A stretch of 64,000 nt of DNA. It comes from Thermoanaerobaculia bacterium. Lineage in GTDB: Bacteria; Acidobacteriota; Thermoanaerobaculia; Gp7-AA8. The number at the start of each line of letters is the position of its first letter. Positions within the stretch are counted from its first letter, which is position 1. Location: positions 10,596 through 74,595 of the forward strand of contig JBIOTX010000044.1 in NCBI GenBank assembly GCA_044866315.1. Direction: 5' to 3'. Made by a program: the position numbers and the translations under genes. This document shows positions 19,466-28,867 of the stretch, piece by piece. The notes under the pieces are model-generated. The model saw only the letters and a list, made by a program, of their open reading frames with translations. It searched no databases and was not told the origin of the DNA.

Positions 19466-22462
19466 GTGACTACAACGCGAGAAGAAGCGAGGAGGGACGA
19501 GATCCTCGGGCTCCCCGATGACGCGCTCGATTTCCGCGAGTGGTGGCAGGAGCTCACGGGCCGAAAGCCGGGAAGATCACTCATTGTCCGGCTGCGCTAC
19601 GCGGTGGCAGCGGGGACGCTCGGTGGGATAACTGAGAGTTGCGAGACAGGCTGGAAGGATGTTGCCAACAACTACGGCGGACGCCGGGAGGCCAACATCC
19701 TTGAATGCGCGCTTCTGTGCGCGCGTGTGGCTGCCATCGATCCTGGCGATAGCTTCGCGGTGGATGCGCTGTGCGATAGGTTGTCGTCATTCGGGCCATC
19801 CCGTCAACGCCACGGCATCGACCGGAGGCAGTGGCCGGCGATGGTTGCAGAATTGATCCACCAGAGCCCGGAGGGCTCGCTTTTTCGCCCTGAGGATTCC
19901 TCGTTCTCTCCTGCCATCGCATGGGATCTGGTGAACCGTTTCTGGGCAGATCGCGAAGATCGTGCTCCCTGGGCCCGCCGCCCTCTGCCCGGCTTTAAGA
20001 CGCTAGTCGCATTGCTCGTGGATCGCAGACTGGAGAAGATAAGCGACGGCAAGAACGCCTACTCGGAACGCGGAGCCACGGCAGAGTTGATGCTGGAGTT
20101 ACTTCCCCAAGGCCGAGGCCAAATTTTCCCCGATCCAGGAAAACTCCTGTTCGTGAAGCAGGATCGTGGCTTCCGTGAAGCGATAGTCGCCGCTCAAGAG
20201 AGCGTTCGAGAGCTGCTTGGCGGCGATATCCAAGGGTACGACGTGCGCTGGGGCCTGAAGAGCCACGGCGACGGGCAATTCACAGAGTTGGCTAAGGACT
20301 CGGCCGGAGGGGCGTTCGCCCTGGGATTGACCGTGCTCTGGCCACAAAGCAGGGATGCGAAACTCTTCAAGCGAGTTAGGAGACTGGATGTAAGCAGAGT
20401 CGCAGTTACTGCGAAGCTGAAACAGGAGGAAGGCACTTGGCGATTCGCCCACGTCGATGCGATCTCGGCGAAGATGTGGGCGGCGGTACAGCGTCCCGAG
20501 CAAATAACCACGGTCTACGTGGCCCCTGGCCAGCCGCGCGACGATTTTCCGACTCTACGTGTGGCGGAAGCGTCGACACTGTTCGAGCTCGTAGACAAGC
20601 TACACAAAGAGCCAAAGGACAAGTCGACACCCCGCTGGTCATCACAGGCCGTCCGTCGATTGATCTCAGTAATTCTCCTGACGTCCATCGCAACCGGAGT
20701 ATGGGTTTATCGCTTGGGACAGCTACGCCAAGCTCAGCGCGACGTCGATCATTGGCGCGACAAGACGCTTGTTTCGGTGCTTCCCAGCCGATACTCGCCT
20801 TCTGAGATCACCAAGGCCTACATAGACGATAGCGACCCGCTGGATCTAGCCCAAGTACTCATTCACCGTCGCGACTTCATTAAGGCAGAGCGCGCGCTCG
20901 CAAAGGCGGCTCAACAAGGTCAAGCCGATCGTTCGCGGTTCTACACGCTTGCGGGTGACATCCACTACTTTCAAAATCAGTACGACAAGGCCGCGCCCTA
21001 TTACGAGCAAGCGGTGGTGCGATCTGGTCCGGATGATGTTGAGACACAATCCGACCTTGCGCTTGCCCTGCTGCAGTCTCAAGGACCCGACGCAACCGAA
21101 AGGATCGAGCGTGCACTACGCATCCAACGCCACGTAATCGCCGTACTGGAGTCAGACACCTGGGCTTGGCCATCGACCGCTCATAGACAAAAATGGGCCT
21201 GCGCTCACCTAAACTTGGCGAGACTATTGGTCGACCGACCACGGTACAGAGCGCGTAGCATCGAGGGCGCTCTCCGATCTCTAGAAAAGGCACTAACAGT
21301 TTTTACGAAGGAAACCGATCCCAGGGCCTGGGCATATATCACCAGCATGCAAGGAGTGGCGTGGCAGAATAAACCGGACGGTAATAGAACGGCCAACGTC
21401 AAGCGCTCGCTCAAGTATCTCGAGGACGCGTTGGCGGTGTACAAGCACCAGCAAATGCGTCGCAAGGTCTACTTCAATAGTTACATGCTAGGGGTTGCGT
21501 GGGGCCAATTGCGGGAAGGCGATCGGACGTACAACTTCGAGAAAGCACTCGGCTTCTTTCGCGACGCTGAGGACGCCCTCGCGGGAGACCCAGCCAATCA
21601 ATATCCTGCTGACAAGGCAAAGATTATGCGAGCTCGGGGCCTCGTTCTGGTCTATCGGCGTACGGGCGATCGGGCAACAAATCTCGAGCAGGCTATCGGC
21701 AACTACAGCATGGCTTTGAACGTATTCGAACACCTCGGTCAGGGGATCGACGCGGCTAAGACCAGGACCGACCTTGCCCGTGCGATCCTGCGACGGAATC
21801 GGGGGAATTCGGAAGACGTCGAGACGGCAATCGAATACCTGCAGCAAGCTGCCGATTTCCTAAAGAAAGGCAAATTTGAAGTCGAGTGGTCGCAGACCCA
21901 GGACGACCTAGGTACCGCGTACCGACAGCGGCTCGCTGGTGATCATTTTGCCAACCTTAAGAAGTCCAAGACTTACTATGAAAACGCGTTATCCGTTCGA
22001 GTACAAATGGGACGCGCTGGACGGCTCGCGGATACGTTGAACGGGCTTGGACGTACGATGCTAGCCATGGCAGATCGCGACGGAAGCGTTGCCACTGAGA
22101 AGGCTATCTCACTGTTCACGGACGCCCTTAGCCTGTTACCGAAAGACGTGAAACACCCCTACAACGGCCACCCTAGATCGATGTTGCTGCAGGAACTTAC
22201 TGCTAGCGAACTGTCGCCGGCGGAGGCTCCCGAATACTTGGCGGAAACGTCAGTCAATCTAGGAGACGCGCTTTCTAGCCTGACTACCGGTGATCTGAAA
22301 CACAATCGTAGGATTGCCGAGGAGTATTACCGGATAGCGGTGCGGTTCTATGGCGGAATTCCATATTACTCGCCCGAGTATTCAGCCCTCCGCCGCAAGC
22401 TAGGGTTAGTGTCGGAGAGGAAGTCTTTCCCTAGGCGGCGCATGTCGGCACGGAGTGATTGA
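19466..22462 (+). CDS. Large TPR-repeat protein with an N-terminal ~400-aa uncharacterised domain and one TM helix
   Basis: TM helix LISVILLTSIATGVWVY at about residue 400. The C-terminal 550 aa are repetitive TPR-like helices (YYEQAV, ALGFFRDA, AIEYLQQA...). The N-terminal domain contains SAGGAFALGLTVLW, which has no obvious assignment. Confidence 0.6.
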   Translation: MTTTREEARRDEILGLPDDALDFREWWQELTGRKPGRSLIVRLRYAVAAGTLGGITESCETGWKDVANNYGGRREANILECALLCARVAAIDPGDSFAVDALCDRLSSFGPSRQRHGIDRRQWPAMVAELIHQSPEGSLFRPEDSSFSPAIAWDLVNRFWADREDRAPWARRPLPGFKTLVALLVDRRLEKISDGKNAYSERGATAELMLELLPQGRGQIFPDPGKLLFVKQDRGFREAIVAAQESVRELLGGDIQGYDVRWGLKSHGDGQFTELAKDSAGGAFALGLTVLWPQSRDAKLFKRVRRLDVSRVAVTAKLKQEEGTWRFAHVDAISAKMWAAVQRPEQITTVYVAPGQPRDDFPTLRVAEASTLFELVDKLHKEPKDKSTPRWSSQAVRRLISVILLTSIATGVWVYRLGQLRQAQRDVDHWRDKTLVSVLPSRYSPSEITKAYIDDSDPLDLAQVLIHRRDFIKAERALAKAAQQGQADRSRFYTLAGDIHYFQNQYDKAAPYYEQAVVRSGPDDVETQSDLALALLQSQGPDATERIERALRIQRHVIAVLESDTWAWPSTAHRQKWACAHLNLARLLVDRPRYRARSIEGALRSLEKALTVFTKETDPRAWAYITSMQGVAWQNKPDGNRTANVKRSLKYLEDALAVYKHQQMRRKVYFNSYMLGVAWGQLREGDRTYNFEKALGFFRDAEDALAGDPANQYPADKAKIMRARGLVLVYRRTGDRATNLEQAIGNYSMALNVFEHLGQGIDAAKTRTDLARAILRRNRGNSEDVETAIEYLQQAADFLKKGKFEVEWSQTQDDLGTAYRQRLAGDHFANLKKSKTYYENALSVRVQMGRAGRLADTLNGLGRTMLAMADRDGSVATEKAISLFTDALSLLPKDVKHPYNGHPRSMLLQELTASELSPAEAPEYLAETSVNLGDALSSLTTGDLKHNRRIAEEYYRIAVRFYGGIPYYSPEYSALRRKLGLVSERKSFPRRRMSARSD

Positions 22463-22554
22463 TCGGTTCGTCGGATGTCGCATCTTACCTTCCGCACCCC
22501 TTCACCTTGGCCTTCGATGACGGCGCTTCATCAGCGCAGATGCATCCGATAGCT

Positions 22555-23271
22555 TCACTCGGAGGAATACTCCTCGAACGCGTCAATCTCGAGCTGGATG
22601 ACATCCGCCGCGCTAACGGTTCCGATCTGAGTCTTGGAGAAGACAACGGTGCCGACGATCCTTCCCGCGCACCTCGCGAATGCAACATCTTCGACAGCCT
22701 CACCAAAGAGCAGGCGAATGGCAGGCATTTCAACTAAGTCTTCAACCTCGCTATCAAAGGTCACAACAACATCGTTTCCCTCGTCTATCATCTTCCAACG
22801 CAGCCGTTGGTCCGGTGTGCTTGCTTCGAAGGAAGCACCTGTGTCGAAGGCCTGCGCTTCGAACACGGGCCTGAATTGCTCGGAAACCGCCAAGGGTAGA
22901 CGGATCGTCCGGCGAACTGCACTTCTTCCGAATGCCGTAGAACGCATGCGTTCGGAAAGCTGCTCCATGAGTGGGGCGCCCAGCTGCCGGAACTGATCTG
23001 TCAGCCAAGGCAGCAGGCGACGCTTCCTTTCGTACTCACCCAAACCATCAACGATACCGCCTAGGAACTTCGCGCACGTGTCGCAAGACTCGCAATGTCG
23101 CTTGACGGCACGCCCGCGGTCCAGATCGAGCTCGCCCTTGGCATACTGAATCGCCTCGTATGGGTCGACACAATCGTCACGCATGTCGTCGTGAAGCGCG
23201 AGGAGCTCATCCAGGAAGCGCTCCGCAGCCGTAATGGCTGACGTTTCTCCTGGGTTGTTTTTGGTGTTCAT
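22555..23271 (-). CDS. Anti-sigma factor with zf-HC2-type zinc-binding N-terminus
   Basis: H-x3-C-x2-C pattern (KRHCESCDTC); 4-nt overlap with the upstream ECF sigma gene. Confidence 0.55.
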   Translation of the reverse strand: MNTKNNPGETSAITAAERFLDELLALHDDMRDDCVDPYEAIQYAKGELDLDRGRAVKRHCESCDTCAKFLGGIVDGLGEYERKRRLLPWLTDQFRQLGAPLMEQLSERMRSTAFGRSAVRRTIRLPLAVSEQFRPVFEAQAFDTGASFEASTPDQRLRWKMIDEGNDVVVTFDSEVEDLVEMPAIRLLFGEAVEDVAFARCAGRIVGTVVFSKTQIGTVSAADVIQLEIDAFEEYSSE

Positions 23272-24098
23272 AGTGCTCCCATCGTTTCGAGAATCCCCTT
23301 AAGTTCGTTTCTCGCATTGTGTACGAGTTGCTTAGCGGCCATCTTGCCTATGACGAGTTGCTGACCGATTTGTTCGTCGGTCAACCCCTCCTTGTAACGC
23401 ATGCGAAGTGCATGGAATCTCCTCGAAGGAAGGGTGCTCTCCGCTATACACCAAACGAACTTGGCGAGAGACCTCTTTTCCATTTCGTCTTCCGGGCTTG
23501 GTCTGTCATCAACAATGTTGCTAAGAAGATCCTCGGCATCCTGTGTACCAGTTGCCGCCAACGGTTCCGCTCCGCCGGATCGCCGCCAATGCTTCACGCA
23601 AGCCCGCTTGAAGCAAAAGAGAACATAACCTAGGAGTGACCTGCAGAGTGGATCATAGCTTGCTAGAACCGCGTCCAACGGGCCAAGCCCGATGAACTCC
23701 TGGACGATATCTTCGAGCAAGTCAGTATGGATCGAACGACCACCAGATTGCTGCCGCAGAACACCCCAGGCGACTAGCCTCATCTCTTTCCACTGATTCT
23801 CTGCTAGCCAAACGAGAACCCTGCGACGCTCGTCGTCATCGGCAACCCTGGCCGGGCAAGAACGTGTGCGCCCAGGTACCAGGGTCGCGCAAAACTCATC
23901 AAGGCTCTTAAGCATCGTGTCGACGCACTCCAAGGATGCTGTTAGGGGCGCGGCAGGTTGTTCGCCGGCGGCCATGCGAAACGCACTCACTGCTTCGAAT
24001 GCAATTGGCTTTTCGCCGACACGCCACAGTGCGGTACGGAGCAATAGCCAGTCGGTGATGGTCGGATCTGAAACCATAGTTTGTCTCAGCGTGGTCAA
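23268..24098 (-). CDS. ECF-type sigma-70 family factor with N-terminal extension
   Basis: C-terminal region-4 HTH (RFHALRMRYKEGLTDEQIGQQLVIGKMAAKQLVHNARNELKGIL) and a region-2-like segment; coupled to the anti-sigma gene. Confidence 0.65.
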   Translation of the reverse strand: MTTLRQTMVSDPTITDWLLLRTALWRVGEKPIAFEAVSAFRMAAGEQPAAPLTASLECVDTMLKSLDEFCATLVPGRTRSCPARVADDDERRRVLVWLAENQWKEMRLVAWGVLRQQSGGRSIHTDLLEDIVQEFIGLGPLDAVLASYDPLCRSLLGYVLFCFKRACVKHWRRSGGAEPLAATGTQDAEDLLSNIVDDRPSPEDEMEKRSLAKFVWCIAESTLPSRRFHALRMRYKEGLTDEQIGQQLVIGKMAAKQLVHNARNELKGILETMGAL

Positions 24099-24297
24099 CT
24101 TGCCTCAATCCAGGAACTCACAGCTCCGAAGGCGGATGAGCGTGATATCTCATTCGAAAGCAGACCATTCTCTGCCTGCGCCCGCTGTACTGATATAGGA
24201 CAGTCCGACCGCGCAGGTAACACCCCACGCCATGATTCCGCGGCAGCCGTCTGGGCAGCTCTCATTTCGTTTGTCCGAGGGAGCGGGACCAATTCAA

Positions 24298-24333
24298 GCC
24301 AGTTGACGTTTTTGGGTAGAACCGTCAACTCGC
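24298..24333. promoter_or_regulatory. Second copy of the palindrome GCCAGTTGACG-N14-CGTCAACTCGC; about 215 bp upstream of the ECF sigma gene and overlapping the stop of the integrase remnant
   Basis: Same GAGTTGACG/CGTCAACTC core and 14-nt spacer as the site at 14004..14039. Confidence 0.4.
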
Positions 24334-24975
24334 GTTATTTGCAGCAATCTCGTCGGACAGAAGCGCTTCCTCATACTTCGCCTCCCGGCGTTTGTTGGTG
24401 ACAGCGGCGTAGACCATCGTCGAGGCGATGTCGCGATGGCCGAGCCAGTCCTGAACATCCGCCGCGTCCCACCCGGCGTTCATGAGATGTACGGCGATCG
24501 AATGGCGGAAGACGTGGGGGTGCCTGCGGTCCTGCGGCAGCCCGGCGGCTTCCGCGTACCCGCGGAAGAGCTGGTAGATTGTGGAGGCAGACATCGGTCG
24601 ACCGGCGCTCTGGCGTGTGGCGAACAGGTACGGCCGTGACCTTGGCCCTAGCTGCTCCAGGTACTCCCAGAGTAGTCGCCGCGTGGTGGGATGAATCGGG
24701 TACTCGCCCGAAATACCTCCCTTGATCCGCGTGATCCAGATGCGCTCTCCGACGTGCTCTCGCCGGATAAGCGCCACTTCCTGGCGGCGGAGCCCGTAGC
24801 GGTACATGACGTCGAAAAGCAGCCGATTCCGTCCGTCCATACGTGGGATGGCGGCGAAAAGCCGTTCGACTTCCCCTTTGGTGAGGTAGGCAAGGTGGTG
24901 CGCGGCTTGGCCCCCGACGACGTGCATTCCGTGTCTCTGTCCTACGTGGAACGTGATCTTGACGCTTTTACCCAT
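24325..24975 (-). pseudogene. Tyrosine recombinase (phage-integrase family) catalytic domain only; N-terminal core-binding domain missing
   Basis: Catalytic segment LTKGEVERLFAAIP...R..., HVFRHSIAVHLMNAGWD...LGHRDIASTMVYAAV (HxxR ... Y). At 216 aa it lacks the SAM-like N-domain, and an in-frame stop lies upstream. Confidence 0.6.
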
Positions 24976-25060
24976 TTTCGTGAACTGGCCGAGCTTAGAT
25001 CTGAGTGTTCCTTAACTATACCCCCTCACTAAACATGGTAAAGATTTCAGGCCTAAAGTA

Positions 25061-26113
25061 ATGCCAGGTATGGCGTACCCGGTGAAAGGTGTGTGTGCCG
25101 TAACAAGAAGGAACTTCCTGCGATCCGTCATTGCCGCGGGCGTATGCGCAGCCCTGCCGAAAAGACGAGGATTGGCACGCCACAGCCCGCATGTAGGCCA
25201 CGTGTTGCACATGTTCCGCATTCGGGGCACAGAGGCTACTTCCTTTGTGACCTTCGAACGGGGCCTCGCCCGTGGGGTAATTCATACTCCCGATGGGTCT
25301 ATTCTCGTAGAAGATCGCGGCGAAGGAATCTCGCGCTTTGTGGTGATCCCCCCGGCCTTTGTGTGCTGTGTTCACCCTAAGACCGAAACGCAAGCGGCCA
25401 AGCCCGGCAAGCGCCGTTCGGTGCGCCATCCGCCGCCGCCAAACCCTCTTGCAATCGAGGTTCGGATCATGGTCGCGGTTTCGGCAGAGTCCTTCGCGGC
25501 TGCCGGCGGCGCCGATCAGGTGCGGGTGGAAGCGCAGGCTCTGGTGGACCAGGCTTCGGTAATGGCGCGAGACAGTGGTTATCCGGATACGACTTTTGTC
25601 CTGACCGGCACGCCGCTCGTGAGCCTCACGCCGACCGGCGATCCCTGGGCGGACTTGAGGAGCCTGTCCCGCGACCCGATGATCGCCGCGGAGCGCAAAG
25701 TGGAGCAGGCGGATATTGTTGCTTTCATGACCGAAAGCGACAACGGCGTCGCGGCAAGTCCCCGGAGTCTTGCTGGCTTCGGATGCGACAACGGCTACTT
25801 CGTTTTCCCCCGGAAATACGCGCTCGTGAGCTACGTCTTTGCTCATGAGCTCGGGCACAACCTCGGGATGCAGCACAACGTGGAGGATGCCGGCCAGACC
25901 CAAATCCCGTACTCGTTCGGTTTCCACAACGACGAACTGGAGCGGAACTGCGTGATGTCCGTTTTCCGGAATTGGCGCCGCGTGCCGCTCTGGTCCACAA
26001 CCGCCGCCATGTGGCAGGGCAAGCCCATGGGCAAAACCGGTGAAGCGGACGCCGCACGGCTTCTCAAGGAAGGCGCCAAACTTGTTTCGCAGTATCGCTA
26101 TCAGCTGCCCTGA
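25061..26113 (+). CDS. TAT-secreted zinc metalloprotease, reprolysin/M12B-like (HEXXHXXGXXH)
   Basis: Twin-arginine signal TRRNFLRSVIAAGVCAAL; zinc site FAHELGHNLGMQHN. An alternative start is MAYPVKG at 25070. Confidence 0.7.
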   Translation: MPGMAYPVKGVCAVTRRNFLRSVIAAGVCAALPKRRGLARHSPHVGHVLHMFRIRGTEATSFVTFERGLARGVIHTPDGSILVEDRGEGISRFVVIPPAFVCCVHPKTETQAAKPGKRRSVRHPPPPNPLAIEVRIMVAVSAESFAAAGGADQVRVEAQALVDQASVMARDSGYPDTTFVLTGTPLVSLTPTGDPWADLRSLSRDPMIAAERKVEQADIVAFMTESDNGVAASPRSLAGFGCDNGYFVFPRKYALVSYVFAHELGHNLGMQHNVEDAGQTQIPYSFGFHNDELERNCVMSVFRNWRRVPLWSTTAAMWQGKPMGKTGEADAARLLKEGAKLVSQYRYQLP

Positions 26114-26779
26114 GAGTAAAGCGGGATGGGGCATGTATGGCGGTTCTTCATAAACTTCTGGTGGTCCACCACCAGATTCCCGAGTACTATTCTGTTGCGG
26201 GAAGCGAGTAGCGGGGCGACGCCCCGCCAAAGACTCACCGTCGCCCCGAGCTACCCGCCTCATCGCATACGGGCATTTCCCTGCCCTCTATGAGAAGGCC
26301 CGTCTGTCAATGGCCGACGTGGCGGCCACCGTTCCTTCTGTCGTTGGCTCTCGCTGTGCGATCAGAGCAAGATCGACGTGTGGACCGCGCCTCCATCCGC
26401 ACGTATTGGTGAGCAGGCGACTCGGTGAGATGCTGATCAGCGTCAAGTCTCCAGGCGATACTGCTTCACGAAAGCATCCAAACAGAAATAGGATAAATAC
26501 TGCGGCACGTTCATCACTGCCGGAGCGAAAAACCCGCATGCTTGCGCATGCGGGGTACTGCTGTTCCACACTGAACCGTTCGTTCTTCCTTGCCCTTCGG
26601 CTCGTTCTCCTTTCCGATTCAAGTTGCGGTTGTAGAGCCGCGTGGCTCCGGCCTCGTGTTGCGGTGGGACTTCCGCGCTAAGTCGCATCCTCCTTTCACG
26701 CCTCCTCGACTGTGGTGAGGAGCCTCCTTGCACTCGGGGGTGGCTTCCCCCGGTCACGCACTTCGATGTGCCCCTCCCT

Positions 26780-27187
26780 TCAATGCTCGGAGGGCAGCAG
26801 CACGACGCTGCCTTCGACATAGAGTTTTACGTACTCAAGCGGAAAGTCCGTCCACTTGATCTCCTGCCGGAACGCCACGTCCTCGGAATCGCGGGAGCAG
26901 ACGGCCGTGGCTGTCCGGTCCGGGCGCACGAAGAGTTCCCATAGTTGGAACTCGCTGAGCCAAGGGTCGTGCAGCGCTTTGAGCTGCCACGATGCGATGA
27001 GATCGAGCAGCCAGTATGCCTTCGCCCTCTCGACAAGGAACTCGACGCCATCGGTGTACCGCATCCCGCTCCAGTGCCGGTGATATTCGATCGTTCCGGT
27101 GAAGGAGCGGAGCATGGCCCGGAGCTCTGCGGCTTCCGCGTTCGTTCCCTCGCCCTTCTCTTGGGTGATCACTTCAGGGTCAGACAT
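26780..27187 (-). CDS. Conserved plasmid/ICE-associated protein (DUF6876-like; tentative)
   Basis: FTGTIEYHRHWSGMRYTDGVEFLVERAKAYWLLDLI resembles a family common in conjugative-element leading regions. The family name is recalled from memory, not searched. Confidence 0.45.
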   Translation of the reverse strand: MSDPEVITQEKGEGTNAEAAELRAMLRSFTGTIEYHRHWSGMRYTDGVEFLVERAKAYWLLDLIASWQLKALHDPWLSEFQLWELFVRPDRTATAVCSRDSEDVAFRQEIKWTDFPLEYVKLYVEGSVVLLPSEH

Positions 27188-27211
27188 TCGCTCTCCTTCT
27201 GAGCCGCCGCC

Positions 27212-27430
27212 TTACGGCTTCGGCCTGAACTCCGTGCAGCCGCATTCGTGGCAGCGGCCCTTCCGGTGCGCTTTCTTGCCGTGGCCGCACTTCGGCACGT
27301 CGCATTGCTTTTCCGGGCTGAAGGCGCGGCAGCCGCACGCAGTGCAGGGGCCGTTGGCGTGTTGTTTCGTGATTAGGTGGACGCGCTTCAGGTGCGCGCA
27401 GTCGCACACCACGACTATCTGGGCAAACAT
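27212..27430 (-). CDS. Small Cys/His-rich zinc-ribbon-like protein (72 aa)
   Basis: Eleven Cys in 72 aa with CxC, CxxC and CHECGC spacing (VVCDC...CTACGC...CDVPKCGHG...CHECGC). Confidence 0.4.
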   Translation of the reverse strand: MFAQIVVVCDCAHLKRVHLITKQHANGPCTACGCRAFSPEKQCDVPKCGHGKKAHRKGRCHECGCTEFRPKP

Positions 27431-27465
27431 CGGGACCTCCTGGTAGGGCCGCCGGACGCAGCGAG

Positions 27466-28107
27466 CTAGAGCCGCCGCTTGTCGCGGAAGGAGTAGTAGG
27501 ACTTCCGGCCGACGACGATGTGGTCGAAGAGCTCGATGTCCATCGTTGTGCAGGCCGTCTTGAAGTTCGCGGTGAAGGCCGAGTCATCCGGCGACGGACT
27601 CGGGTCACCAGTCGGGTGGTTGTGGAAGAGGATGACCGCGGTGGCGTCCTCTACGATCGCGTCTTTGAGGAGCCACCGGGGGCTGCCGAAGACGTGATCG
27701 TGCTCGCCGATGTAGACGGTGCGTTCGGCCACGAACTGCCGCCTCGAGTCGAGGAGGACCACTCCGAGATGCTCCTGCGGCTCCCGGGAGTACTTGGCCA
27801 TGAGGTGCGGCGCGATGTCCTGCGCGCGGAGAACGACCCGCTGCGGTTTGGCGGTCAGGGCTTCGAGGCGGCGGGAGATTTCGAGGAGGGAAACAATTCG
27901 TGCCTGACGTATTTCTGAAAGCAACGGGCTTCTCGCGCGTTTTTGGAGTCTTGCGAGACCTTCCGCGAGCGCGACGTGCGCCGCTTCGAGCGCGGTCTGG
28001 CCGCCGAGGATCACCGCGAGAAGTTCCGTGTCTTTAAGGGCTTGGGGGCCGAGGCGGGCGAGACGATCCATCGGTCGCTCGCCCGGCGGTAGGTCGCGGA
28101 CGAGCAT
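27466..28107 (-). CDS. radC: RadC-like JAB-domain protein
   Basis: JAMM motif ILFHNHPTGDPSPSPDDSAFT plus an N-terminal HhH-like region. This is the usual RadC found on mobile elements. Confidence 0.75.
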   Translation of the reverse strand: MLVRDLPPGERPMDRLARLGPQALKDTELLAVILGGQTALEAAHVALAEGLARLQKRARSPLLSEIRQARIVSLLEISRRLEALTAKPQRVVLRAQDIAPHLMAKYSREPQEHLGVVLLDSRRQFVAERTVYIGEHDHVFGSPRWLLKDAIVEDATAVILFHNHPTGDPSPSPDDSAFTANFKTACTTMDIELFDHIVVGRKSYYSFRDKRRL

Positions 28108-28267
28108 AAGGGAGTCTCCGTTTTCAGACGCTTCAACGCGTCACATCGGTTGGCGTGAACTCAATAAACAACAAAGACTTAGGCGAAGGCTGCATGGTGC
28201 GATCGACATTTGTGCAGAAGACTGCGCAGCTCGGTTTCGTAAAACGTCAATTCGGAACGGCCGCCGC

Positions 28268-28784
28268 CTGTCGCTCAATTCGTGCGACTCTGACTAGTCT
28301 CGTCTCCAGCCGTTCCTTCACCATGTTTTGCGCCCTTCTTGTAGACAGTGACGCAGACAAGCTCGTCTCCGTCGTACACGGCCCAGAACCGGGTCTTTCG
28401 GTATCGCTCGATTGTGATCACCGCTTTCCTCCTTCATACAGGTCATGCAGATGTTGAGGCGCATGAGGAGCCGACCGCCCTGCTCCTCGATCGCGCCGCA
28501 TTTCTCACAGGTGGACCGCTTCGCGTTCCACGACGGCCGAATGAACCGCACGCGCGCCAGCCGTCGCTTCCTCATGACGGTCTTCCAAAGCAACACGTCT
28601 CATCGACGACTGACCACCGGAGACAATCCGGACAGACCGCCGGCACGAGCTGCCAGCCGCTTTGATACGCCGCCTCGTCCGACGCGACCGCTCCACAATC
28701 GACGCAAGTCACGGTGTCGTCGTCCTCAACGCACGTTTCCTCGCCCACATCCTTGCCGCTCCTGAATGCCGCGATATCGGTCAT
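28268..28784 (-). CDS. Cluster of 2-3 small overlapping ORFs (Cys-pair zinc-ribbon-like peptides and a GTG-initiated ~45-aa ORF); calls uncertain
   Basis: 28572..28784 has TCVDCG...CPDC. 28318..28596 has TCEKCG...CMTC, but its distal half is Arg-rich and looks out-of-frame. A perfect SD AAGGAGG sits 5 nt before a GTG near 28400 and opens VITIERYRKTRFWAVYDGDELVCVTVYKKGA. Confidence 0.25.
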
Positions 28785-28867
28785 GGGTTACGCTCCTTTC
28801 TTTTTCCGTTGTGAAGTTGCGCAGCGGCTTGTCATCCGCTGACCGCTCGCGCTCCGGCGCGAGTGCG

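Noticed and set aside
25016-26263. 415-aa minus-strand ORF fully overlapping the metalloprotease gene
   Set aside because: It is an antisense frame of a high-GC gene with a low-complexity Arg/Gly/Pro-rich translation and no motifs. The plus-strand frame carries a clear TAT signal and an HEXXH site.
24100-26780. tRNA or tmRNA gene as integration target at the mobile-element ends
   Set aside because: No cloverleaf-compatible sequence with a GTTCGAATC-like T-loop was seen in either the 24.1-24.3 kb or the 35.4-35.7 kb flank, and tRNAscan was not run.
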